A DNA stretch of 28,936 bases from a virus. Lineage: Duplodnaviria; Caudoviricetes. Shown here one piece after another: positions 8,944 through 16,295 of the stretch. The position numbers and the translations under genes are program-made. The notes beneath the pieces were generated by a model. That model did no database searches and was not told the DNA's origin. It was given only the letters and a program-made list of their open reading frames with translations. Within the stretch, counting starts at the first letter, position 1. Every line of letters starts with the position of its first letter. The stretch spans positions 1 through 28,936 of the IMG/VR virus record IMGVR_UViG_3300037991_000411. One strand, given 5' to 3'.

Positions 8944-9624
8944 ATGAAAAAATTATTATTATTATTTTTATTATTATCAGGTTATGCGTTTAGTCAATCA
9001 AATTGTGAATTATGTGCCGAGCAAGGCGGTTTTTATTGTGGAGATGATGAAAGCAACTGGACTTCGTACAGTCCACTGGGTTGTGTCCCTAATGGTCTTA
9101 ATGGTGTATTTTACCTTAATGACGGTTGGAGTGATTGTGTTGATGGTGCAGATGAAGATAACGCAGTACCTACGACATTAGCGGATTGTAATGCGTATGG
9201 AGAAACTTGTGATACTGTATTTGTAGAGATTCCTATAATACAATATGAAATAATTTTTGACACAATAATACAGACAGAATATCTAACTCAAATCTTAATA
9301 GATACGCTAGAGATAGAAACATTAGTGCCTGAATATATATATATAACTGATACGGTATATGCAGAAGTGCTAGACACTATGTATATAGACGTAATAGAAT
9401 ATGTTGATACTATTGTGTATGATACAGTAGTTGAAATAGAATACGTTGAGTTTATAATAACTGAGTATTTGGACTGCCTTACAGGATTGCCATGCAATAC
9501 AGCTATTATGGAACTTGACAACAGTAAATTAAATAATAACCTATATAATCTTATGGGTAATGAAATTAGAAAGCCAAATGGGATTTATATAGAAAATGGT
9601 GAAATCAAATTTAAAATAGATTAA
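8944..9624 (+). CDS. Secreted protein: LDLa-like domain, DT[VILM] stalk, T9SS-like C-terminal domain
   Basis: Signal peptide ...YAFS/Q; FYC...GCVP...NDGWSDCVDGADE; seven DT[V/I/L/M]; tail YNLMGNEIRKPNGIYIENGEIKFK. Confidence 0.7.
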   Translation: MKKLLLLFLLLSGYAFSQSNCELCAEQGGFYCGDDESNWTSYSPLGCVPNGLNGVFYLNDGWSDCVDGADEDNAVPTTLADCNAYGETCDTVFVEIPIIQYEIIFDTIIQTEYLTQILIDTLEIETLVPEYIYITDTVYAEVLDTMYIDVIEYVDTIVYDTVVEIEYVEFIITEYLDCLTGLPCNTAIMELDNSKLNNNLYNLMGNEIRKPNGIYIENGEIKFKID

Positions 9625-9626
9625 AT

Positions 9627-9809
9627 ATGGAAATTGTAAAAAAAATCACAGCAAGTAAAAAATTTTGGTATGCTTTTGGAGCATTAGCTTTATTGCTTTT
9701 TTCTGATAGCATAGGAATAAATGACCAAGAAGTTAATAACATAATCATATTAGCTTTAGGTCTTATAGTAGCTCAAGGATTAGCAGACCGTAAAGATTGT
9801 AAGAGATGA
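9627..9809 (+). CDS. Small two-TM membrane protein, holin-like
   Basis: 60 aa; SKKFW motif, two hydrophobic segments, AQGLAD, basic tail. Confidence 0.55.
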   Translation: MEIVKKITASKKFWYAFGALALLLFSDSIGINDQEVNNIIILALGLIVAQGLADRKDCKR

Positions 9810-10084
9810 AAATAAGTGAAAAGTCGGAATTAACTTTAGATTTAAAAACTATTGGCATAGTAATAGCTATGGCAGTATCAGTATCAGGTAGCTATTTTAC
9901 TCTTAAAGCAGATATTGAAGAAAACAAAAAAGCTCTTGAAAAGGGCAACTGGGTAAATGCTAAAGAATACGAACTGAAAGACGAATTAGTGCGTACTACT
10001 ATAATGGGCAATAGTAAAAAGTTAGACGCTATAGAGGATAAATTAAACACTATAGACAGCCGACTTTATAACTTAAAAAAGTAA
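9806..10084 (+). CDS. Single-TM coiled-coil membrane protein
   Basis: Hydrophobic TIGIVIAMAVSVSGSYFTL followed by heptad-rich LDAIEDKLNTIDSRL. Confidence 0.6.
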   Translation: MKISEKSELTLDLKTIGIVIAMAVSVSGSYFTLKADIEENKKALEKGNWVNAKEYELKDELVRTTIMGNSKKLDAIEDKLNTIDSRLYNLKK

Positions 10085-10086
10085 CT

Positions 10087-10428
10087 ATGAATTTAGGTTA
10101 TATATTACAAATCTTAATAGCATTATTCTTTTTTGCTGTAGGTTTGTGTGTGTCTCAAGTATCTGTGATTCATTTTAATAGTGAATGGAACTCAGAAAAC
10201 AGCTTTAATATAGACGAGCTAAATGACTGTGAAAAATCAGACGTGGTTATATGCGACAGTCCTGAACTAAAAGACAAACACAAAATCCTTTCTGTTCCTA
10301 CTATTATTATATTTGACAACGGTAATGAGATTACTAGATTTGAAGCTAATATAATGATGCAATTAGAGGCAACAAGAAAGGAAATACAAAAAGAAATAGA
10401 GAAGATTCACTTAGCTAAATTTGAATGA
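10087..10428 (+). CDS. Exported thioredoxin-fold protein lacking CxxC
   Basis: Hydrophobic signal ending VS/Q; HFNSEWNSEN at the FxAxWCxxC position; ILSVPTIIIFDNGNEITRF matches the thioredoxin cis-Pro region. Confidence 0.68.
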   Translation: MNLGYILQILIALFFFAVGLCVSQVSVIHFNSEWNSENSFNIDELNDCEKSDVVICDSPELKDKHKILSVPTIIIFDNGNEITRFEANIMMQLEATRKEIQKEIEKIHLAKFE

Positions 10429-10922
10429 AATTATCAAAAAACTTTACACTACAAGAGCTAATAAAATCTAACACAGCATTAAGATTAGGAATAGATAACA
10501 CACCCTCTAAAGAGGGAATAATGAAACTGACTATATTAGCCACTTCAGTCCTCCAGTTACTACGTGACCGTATTGGAGCTTTGAGGATTACAAGTGGCTA
10601 TAGGTCACCACAATTAAATACTGCTATTGGTGGTAGCAATAAATCACAGCATACTAAATGCGAAGCAGTAGACATTCAATACGTCAAAAGAGGACGTATG
10701 GATAACTTAATGATATACCAAGCATTAATAGATTTAGATATTGACTTTGACCAGTGTATATTGGAATTTGGGGATAGCACAGCAACAAGCGACCCTACTA
10801 GTCCTGCTTGGATTCATTTAAGCTATAAAATAACTGACAATAGAAGGCAGGTATTAGTAGCTTATAAAGATGATAATAACAAAACAAAATACAGACCTTT
10901 AATTAAATACAATACAATATGA
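10425..10922 (+). CDS. Endolysin, peptidase M15A family (Zn-dependent)
   Basis: LSKNFTL, TSGYRS, SQH...AVD and WIHLS motifs. Confidence 0.88.
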   Translation: MKLSKNFTLQELIKSNTALRLGIDNTPSKEGIMKLTILATSVLQLLRDRIGALRITSGYRSPQLNTAIGGSNKSQHTKCEAVDIQYVKRGRMDNLMIYQALIDLDIDFDQCILEFGDSTATSDPTSPAWIHLSYKITDNRRQVLVAYKDDNNKTKYRPLIKYNTI

Positions 10923-11326
10923 GCATTTTAAATAAATTATTAGGTGGAGATTTTTTAAATTCTGTTAATAAAATTGTTGATAATGTTGTGACAAGTGATG
11001 AAGAACGTAAACAATTAGATATTAACTTGAAGCAGCTGATTAAAACTCACAAGAAAGAAATGTTTGAGTTAGAAGTAGAAGATAGAAAATCAGCTAGAAG
11101 TATGTATAGTACCGATAGTGGTGTTCAGAAAATACTAGCTACTATTTTTACTTTAGCATATTTTGCTTTAAGTTTTGTTATGTTTAGATATTTTGTTTTA
11201 GGGGATTTAAATTTAGGAGAATTTGAAATATCTTTCATATCTACCATATTCGGTGCTATGAGTGCCAAAGTAAATACTATCGTAGATTTTTTCTTCGGTG
11301 GTTCTAGTAATAACAAAAAGAAATAG
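10919..11326 (+). CDS. Putative holin (3TM GTA-holin-like)
   Basis: DNVVTSDEER and DRKSAR motifs, hydrophobic segments, FFFGGS; coupled to the endolysin. Confidence 0.65.
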   Translation: MSILNKLLGGDFLNSVNKIVDNVVTSDEERKQLDINLKQLIKTHKKEMFELEVEDRKSARSMYSTDSGVQKILATIFTLAYFALSFVMFRYFVLGDLNLGEFEISFISTIFGAMSAKVNTIVDFFFGGSSNNKKK

Positions 11327-12065
11327 TATTAAACAATTAAAAGAATATCGGCTTAGATTAACCAAGTCAGAGCATGACTTAATAAAAGATATACGCCAAT
11401 CTGAAGGCAACGGATTAAATAACGTTCTAGTTATTGGCGATTTACACGAGCCATTTTGCCTAGATAAATACCTTGATTTTTGTATCTCTAAATATGACGA
11501 TTTTGATTGTAGCGAAGTTGTATTTATTGGAGATGTAATAGATAATCATTATGCTTCATATCACGAAACTAATGCAGATGGAATGGGAGGAGCTGATGAG
11601 CTAGAGCTTTCTATTAAAAGAATATCTCGTTGGTATAAAGCATTTCCTAAAGCTACTGTAATCATCGGAAATCACGATAGAATGATATTCAGAAAAGGAC
11701 AAACTTCTGCTATTCCTAGTAAATGGATTAAATCATATAAAGAGGTATTAGAAGTTCCTGGTTGGAATTTTGTAGAAAGATATGAAAAAGACGGTGTTCA
11801 GTATTTGCATGGAGAAGGTGGAACTGCTAGAACAAAATGTAGAGCTGATATGATGAATACAGTACAAGGACATCTCCACGTCCAAAGTTATTGCGAACAT
11901 TATGTTGGACAAAATTTTAGAGTATTTGGTATGCAGGTTGGCTGTGGGATAGACCACGAAAGTTATGCTATGGCTTATGCTAAATATGGTAAAAAACCTG
12001 CAATAGGTTGTGCCGTTGTTTTGAATAACGGAAAATTACCTATAAATTTGTTAATGGAGTTATAA
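11298..12065 (+). CDS. Calcineurin-like metallophosphoesterase
   Basis: GDLH, GDVID, GNHD, HG and GHLH motifs in the expected order; start codon uncertain. Confidence 0.88.
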   Translation: MVLVITKRNSIKQLKEYRLRLTKSEHDLIKDIRQSEGNGLNNVLVIGDLHEPFCLDKYLDFCISKYDDFDCSEVVFIGDVIDNHYASYHETNADGMGGADELELSIKRISRWYKAFPKATVIIGNHDRMIFRKGQTSAIPSKWIKSYKEVLEVPGWNFVERYEKDGVQYLHGEGGTARTKCRADMMNTVQGHLHVQSYCEHYVGQNFRVFGMQVGCGIDHESYAMAYAKYGKKPAIGCAVVLNNGKLPINLLMEL

Positions 12066-12078
12066 CTAAATTGTATAT

Positions 12079-12210
12079 ATGGGCAAACATATTTACCAAG
12101 AAAAAATTGAACTCGGTGCTTATTATACTTACAATGATAAACAAAAGAAAGTTTATGATATTAAAAGTATGAGAGAACAGTTCAAAGAGTTGATAAAGAA
12201 ATTAAAATAA
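12079..12210 (+). CDS. Small hypothetical protein, 43 aa (not in ORF track)
   Basis: MGKHIYQEKIELGAYYTYNDKQKKVYDIKSMREQFKELIKKLK; AT-rich leader; last gene before the hairpin. Confidence 0.6.
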   Translation: MGKHIYQEKIELGAYYTYNDKQKKVYDIKSMREQFKELIKKLK

Positions 12211-12287
12211 TAGAGGGGGACATAGGAGGGATTTAATAAAAGGTCATCGCCTTCCCTCATTTAGTTCTCTATGTCCCTTTTTATTAT
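12207..12287 (+). terminator. Large nested hairpin between convergent operons
   Basis: Outer stem 12207-12225 / 12269-12287 (19 bp including G:U pairs); inner GAGGGA / TCCCTC. Confidence 0.65.
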
Positions 12288-12760
12288 CTAGTTCTTTCTA
12301 TCTTTTCTCTTAAAGTGGATACCGTTCCTGCGTCAATACCACTACCAGACCACGTTCCACTATGGGTTTCTTGATGCCTATTTTTCATATCTTCTATCCC
12401 TTTCTGTGGTATTGGTGTCTTTAAAAACTCTTGCCAATCCTTTTGTTCTTCATCTGTCTTTAAATTATAAGTATCAACATTACATCCCACTTTACTAAGA
12501 GCATATTCCTTTATATGAGCATACTTAGTGCTACCGTCCTTTTTAGAGTACCTTGTAGGGACTTTCTTGTCTGTGGTTTCTATATATACACCTTCCTTCT
12601 TTAAATCCCTTATAACGCCTTGTAAGTCCCCTATTCCCAAATCTATCATAGCATCTCTAGTTGTAATTGTGTTTCCTGCATTTAGGTAATCATACAAAAT
12701 CTGTTTGTGAGTACCCCATTTAAAATTAAAATTATTCATAATACTATTCTGTTTTTTCAT
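12284..12760 (-). CDS. Winged HTH DNA-binding protein (HTH_39-like)
   Basis: QILYDYLNAGNTITTRDAMIDLGIGDLQGVIRDLKKEGVYIET. Confidence 0.72.
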   Translation of the reverse strand: MKKQNSIMNNFNFKWGTHKQILYDYLNAGNTITTRDAMIDLGIGDLQGVIRDLKKEGVYIETTDKKVPTRYSKKDGSTKYAHIKEYALSKVGCNVDTYNLKTDEEQKDWQEFLKTPIPQKGIEDMKNRHQETHSGTWSGSGIDAGTVSTLREKIERTR

Positions 12761-12890
12761 AAATCCAAGTTAATGCTAAGCTGTCTGTTATTCGTTTCCA
12801 ATCTGGATTTTTTACTTGGAAATCTATAGCTTCTTTTAATCCCTCTTTAGTAGAGGTATTTATATATTTAAAATTAATTGTTTTATTCAT
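12744..12890 (-). CDS. Small hypothetical protein, 48 aa (not in ORF track)
   Basis: MNKTINFKYINTSTKEGLKEAIDFQVKNPDWKRITDSLALTWIYEKTE; overlaps both neighbouring minus-strand genes. Confidence 0.6.
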   Translation of the reverse strand: MNKTINFKYINTSTKEGLKEAIDFQVKNPDWKRITDSLALTWIYEKTE

Positions 12891-13071
12891 TACTATATAA
12901 TTTAATTACGTTAGGTGTTTCTATTTCATCTAATTCTTTTTGATGCTCTATAACTTCTTCTAATAATTTAGAAGTTAAATCCTCATAGCCCTTATTTCTA
13001 TCATCTATCCTTTGTTTCATTAAAGAAACTTTTAGAGATTGTAAAGCTAACTGTATAATATCTTTATTCAT
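12883..13071 (-). CDS. Hypothetical protein, 62 aa
   Basis: First ORF of the leftward operon; A-rich leader. Confidence 0.65.
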   Translation of the reverse strand: MNKDIIQLALQSLKVSLMKQRIDDRNKGYEDLTSKLLEEVIEHQKELDEIETPNVIKLYSNE

Positions 13072-13098
13072 TTTTATATGTTTTTTAAATTAATACAA

Positions 13099-13106
13099 CA
13101 AATATA
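13099..13106 (-). promoter_or_regulatory. Bacteroidota housekeeping -7 promoter element (leftward)
   Basis: Minus-strand TATATTTG matches TAnnTTTG exactly, 27 nt upstream of the ATG at 13071. Confidence 0.65.
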
Positions 13107-13146
13107 TGTAAAATAATCTTTATATTAAATTAACTATTCTTTTTAT

Positions 13147-13171
13147 TTATTAACAATACGAATGTTAATAA
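13147..13171. promoter_or_regulatory. Inverted repeat TTATTAACA-N7-TGTTAATAA (operator or DnaA-box-like pair)
   Basis: Perfect 9-bp arms centred between the divergent promoters. Confidence 0.55.
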
Positions 13172-13187
13172 CTATTAAATTAATTTA

Positions 13188-13217
13188 TTTGTATATGAAA
13201 TTTATTTACTATTATTG
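13188..13217 (+). promoter_or_regulatory. Bacteroidota-type rightward promoter
   Basis: TTTG 13188-13191, 18-nt spacer, TATTATTG 13210-13217 (one mismatch to TAnnTTTG). Confidence 0.5.
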
Positions 13218-13241
13218 TGCTATAATTTTAAATGTATAATT

Positions 13242-13427
13242 ATGAATAAAAAACGTAAACAAGCTATAGAGTTTGCTATGTTTAGCCGTAAGGTTAATAA
13301 GTTAGAACTCGCTGAAGCTATGGGTATGAGTTATCCAACAATGTTGTCAAAGCTTAAAAATATCGGCTCATTTAGATTAGATGAATACGATAGATTAAGT
13401 GATATATTAAATTTAAATGATGAATAG
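13242..13427 (+). CDS. Cro/XRE-like HTH regulator
   Basis: KLELAEAMGMSYPTMLSKLKN helix-turn-helix; ATG 13242 preferred over GTG 13215. Confidence 0.72.
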   Translation: MNKKRKQAIEFAMFSRKVNKLELAEAMGMSYPTMLSKLKNIGSFRLDEYDRLSDILNLNDE

Positions 13428-13818
13428 TATGAAGGAAACAAAACAAGAAATACTAAATAGATTATTTATAGAAAATAATTTAACTGATGAAGATTATTTT
13501 AAACACAAATTTTATACTATAATCACAAGAAGTGGTATAGATAAGATACAGGCATCTAATGATATACAAATTAAATATAATTTGATTTATAATTCTTTAG
13601 ATACTAAATGTGTAATAATAAAAGCTACTGCCAAAATGGGAGATAAAGTTATTGAAACTTTTGGCGAAGCAGCACCTATGAATAATCAAAATTCTTATCC
13701 TATAGCTATGGCAGAAAAAAGAGCTATGAGTAGAGCGTGTTTAAAGTTAGCAGGATTTTATGAGAATAATGTATTTGGAGAGATGGAAGCAGATGACTTT
13801 AAACGTAATAATAATTAA
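13417..13818 (+). CDS. Putative single-strand annealing/recombination protein
   Basis: ETFGEA and AMAEKRAMSRACLKLAG...EADDF resemble Rad52/Sak-type annealases; next to an SSB-like gene. Confidence 0.55.
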   Translation: MMNSMKETKQEILNRLFIENNLTDEDYFKHKFYTIITRSGIDKIQASNDIQIKYNLIYNSLDTKCVIIKATAKMGDKVIETFGEAAPMNNQNSYPIAMAEKRAMSRACLKLAGFYENNVFGEMEADDFKRNNN

Positions 13819-13832
13819 TAAAATAAATAGAT

Positions 13833-14147
13833 ATGTATAAAATAAGAGGTAAAATTTTAAAGAAAGAAATAGAACAATTAACTTTAAAAAATGGTGATAA
13901 CGCAGAAAAAATGCTTATTACTATAGAAGAAACAGATAGTGGTTTTAACCACAAACATCAGTTTGAGATTTTTGGAGAAACAAAAATAAATTTGCATATA
14001 GATAAAGTTAAGGTAGATAGATTTGTTACAATAGAATTTTATATCAAATCAAATGAGTGGAAGAATAAATTTTTTAATACTTTAAATGTAAAGGATATTA
14101 TAGTTGAGCAAGAAATTGCTAACTTAGTAGATAATCCCCCATTTTAA
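13833..14147 (+). CDS. DUF3127 family SSB-like OB-fold protein
   Basis: KIRGKI...VTIEFYIKSNEWKNKFFNTL with C-terminal PF tail. Confidence 0.72.
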   Translation: MYKIRGKILKKEIEQLTLKNGDNAEKMLITIEETDSGFNHKHQFEIFGETKINLHIDKVKVDRFVTIEFYIKSNEWKNKFFNTLNVKDIIVEQEIANLVDNPPF

Positions 14148-14155
14148 TTAATTCC

Positions 14156-14223
14156 GATAGGGCTTGTGTTTTTCTTTCTTGTTTTATATGTTTATATTCC
14201 TTTTGCACAAGTCCTATCTTTTT
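14156..14223 (+). terminator. Long-loop hairpin (terminator or sRNA)
   Basis: 14-bp stem 14156-14169 / 14205-14218 with two G:U pairs, 35-nt U-rich loop, T5 tail. Confidence 0.6.
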
Positions 14224-14235
14224 AAAACTTAACTT

Positions 14236-15006
14236 ATGAAAAAAACTTATTTCAATCACGATTCAATAGCTAGAAACGATTACAGAATAATTAAGATGCG
14301 TAGCAAACTAGGATATGAAGGATACGGTATATTCTGGGCAGTATTAGAGCTTTTATTTGTAGAGGAGAATAAACTATGTGTAAATGACTACGAGCCGTTA
14401 GCTTATGGCTTACAATGTGATGAGCATATATTAAAACAAGTTATAGAAGATTTTGATTTATTTGTATTAGAAGATGGTTGTTTTTATTCTAGAAGATTAA
14501 ACGACCATATACAAGAGATAAACAGTAAGTCAAATAAAGCTAAAGAGAACGCTTCTAAAAGGTGGAGTAATGCGACTGCAATGCAACCGCATAGCGACCG
14601 CAATGCTAGTAAAGTAAATAAGAGTAATAGTATAAGTAAAAGTAAAGTAAATAAAACAATAGAAGATAGATTAGCGGAATTTAAAAATTCCGTACAATCA
14701 ATAGAGGATGTTAGTAATGAAGATAAAAAGGCATTTATAGATTATTGGACTGAGCCAAATAAATCACAAAGCAAGATGAGGTTTGAGTTAGAAAGAACTT
14801 GGCATCTATCTAGACGTTTGTCAAGATGGGCAAATTCATCATTTAATAAAACGCCTAAGAGTAAGTTCCCTGATTTCTATGATGCTTATATATACAAAAA
14901 GCTAGATACAGAAAAACAAAAGGAATACGAATTACACTTAAAGAGCTTAGGATGGACATCTAAATATACACCTACAGCAGGAATAGTTTGGAATAAAAAA
15001 AGATGA
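14236..15006 (+). CDS. Replication initiator (DUF4373/Lin1244-type N-terminus)
   Basis: YFNHD...GYGIFWAVLE, FYSRRL, ASKRW, C-terminal FIDYWTE; internal tandem repeats. Confidence 0.75.
   Translation: MKKTYFNHDSIARNDYRIIKMRSKLGYEGYGIFWAVLELLFVEENKLCVNDYEPLAYGLQCDEHILKQVIEDFDLFVLEDGCFYSRRLNDHIQEINSKSNKAKENASKRWSNATAMQPHSDRNASKVNKSNSISKSKVNKTIEDRLAEFKNSVQSIEDVSNEDKKAFIDYWTEPNKSQSKMRFELERTWHLSRRLSRWANSSFNKTPKSKFPDFYDAYIYKKLDTEKQKEYELHLKSLGWTSKYTPTAGIVWNKKR
14569..14606 (+). repeat. 11-bp imperfect tandem repeats (putative iterons)
   Basis: AATGCGACTGC, AATGCAACCGC, ATAGCGACCGC, partial AATGC; followed by an AGTAA-rich tract. Confidence 0.6.
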
Positions 15007-15016
15007 AATGTAACTT

Positions 15017-15664
15017 ATGAAAGAATATAATCACAAAAATCTTAAATTAATTAATGCTGATTGCATGGATATAATGAAAGAATATAAAGATAATTATTTT
15101 GACTTAGCAATAGTTGACCCGCCTTATGGAATAAAAATTCAACAATCTGGGGGAACTCCAAGCCACTTGGGTTTTAAAAATTATAAAAAAAAAAATTGGG
15201 ATAATGAAATTCCAAGTAAAGAGTACTTTACAGAATTATTTAGAGTATCAAAAAATCAAATTATTTGGGGTGCAAATTATTTTGTCAAGTATTTAAATAA
15301 AGGAACAATGGGCTGGGTGTTTTGGTTTAAAGGACAAAATGGATTATCAATGTCGGATGGCGAAATTGCATACACAAGTTTTCAAAAAGCTACAAGACAA
15401 GTAAAAATTAATAGATGCGATATAAAATTAGATGGTGCAATTCATCCCACACAAAAACCTATTAGATTGTATAATTTTTTATTAGATAATTATTCTAATA
15501 AAAATGATAAAATTTTAGATACTCATTTAGGTAGTGGCTCAAGTGCTATAGCTTCTTTTTATTATGCGTGTAAAGAGTTTGTAGGTATTGAGATAGACAC
15601 AGAATACTACAATGACAGTATTAAAAGGATAAAACAAAAAACAGCACAAATGAAATTATTATGA
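15017..15664 (+). CDS. DNA amino-methyltransferase (N6A/N4C, beta class)
   Basis: DPPY precedes HPTQKP and LDTHLGSGS. Confidence 0.9.
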   Translation: MKEYNHKNLKLINADCMDIMKEYKDNYFDLAIVDPPYGIKIQQSGGTPSHLGFKNYKKKNWDNEIPSKEYFTELFRVSKNQIIWGANYFVKYLNKGTMGWVFWFKGQNGLSMSDGEIAYTSFQKATRQVKINRCDIKLDGAIHPTQKPIRLYNFLLDNYSNKNDKILDTHLGSGSSAIASFYYACKEFVGIEIDTEYYNDSIKRIKQKTAQMKLL

Positions 15665-16017
15665 AAGAATATCAATTACAAAAAGCAGTATGTAAATACT
15701 TAGACCTGCATAACGTATTATACTGTGGCTCTATGGGTGGACAGTATCAAGTCCATATGTCACAAAGAATAAAAGCTAAAAAGAGTGGATATAAACGTGG
15801 ATTCCCTGATTTGTTTATCTACGAAATTTCTAAAATAGATGATAAATTATACTGTGGATTAGCTATAGAATTAAAAGTTGGTTATAATAAAGCAACTAAT
15901 GAGCAGAGGTGGTGGCGTGACCAATTAAGAGATAGAGGATATAAAGCAGAAATATGTACAGGAATAGATGAATCGTTAGCACTTATTAATCGTTATTTAG
16001 AGGGAATGATAAAATGA
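15661..16017 (+). CDS. VRR-NUC domain nuclease
   Basis: EYQLQ, GFPDL, IELK and EQRWW PD-(D/E)XK pattern. Confidence 0.82.
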   Translation: MKEYQLQKAVCKYLDLHNVLYCGSMGGQYQVHMSQRIKAKKSGYKRGFPDLFIYEISKIDDKLYCGLAIELKVGYNKATNEQRWWRDQLRDRGYKAEICTGIDESLALINRYLEGMIK

Positions 16018-16295
16018 AAGTTAAACCTACATTTTTTAATACAAGGCACGAGAGATTACACTGGGATTACACAGATACTAACAACTGGGTGTTTATAATT
16101 TTATTTGATAGTGGTGCTGAACTTAGTTTTATATTACGAGATTTGAAAAAAGATAAAAATATATTAAAATATATTTATAAGAAACTACAGCAAAGATTTG
16201 AAAATATAGCAGAGATAGAAATATCTAAATTAAATGTTACAGAATATAACTTAATGAAGCAGATGAATATGCCCTCAGTCATCAAAGTATGTTAA
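16014..16295 (+). CDS. Hypothetical protein
   Basis: 93 aa ORF overlapping both neighbours. Confidence 0.6.
   Translation: MKVKPTFFNTRHERLHWDYTDTNNWVFIILFDSGAELSFILRDLKKDKNILKYIYKKLQQRFENIAEIEISKLNVTEYNLMKQMNMPSVIKVC

Noticed and set aside
7654-9181. Nested + strand ORFs 7654-7857 and 8984-9181 as embedded spanins
   Set aside because: No convincing lipobox signal peptide, and both lie wholly within better-supported genes.
9211-9429. Repeated GATAC/GACAC units as a CRISPR or DNA-level repeat array
   Set aside because: Irregular spacing and synonymous variation show a protein-level Asp-Thr repeat.
10087-10160. Lipobox in the thioredoxin-like protein (AVGLC)
   Set aside because: Leu at -1 does not fit [LVI][ASTVI][GAS]C; signal peptidase I cleavage at VS/Q fits better.
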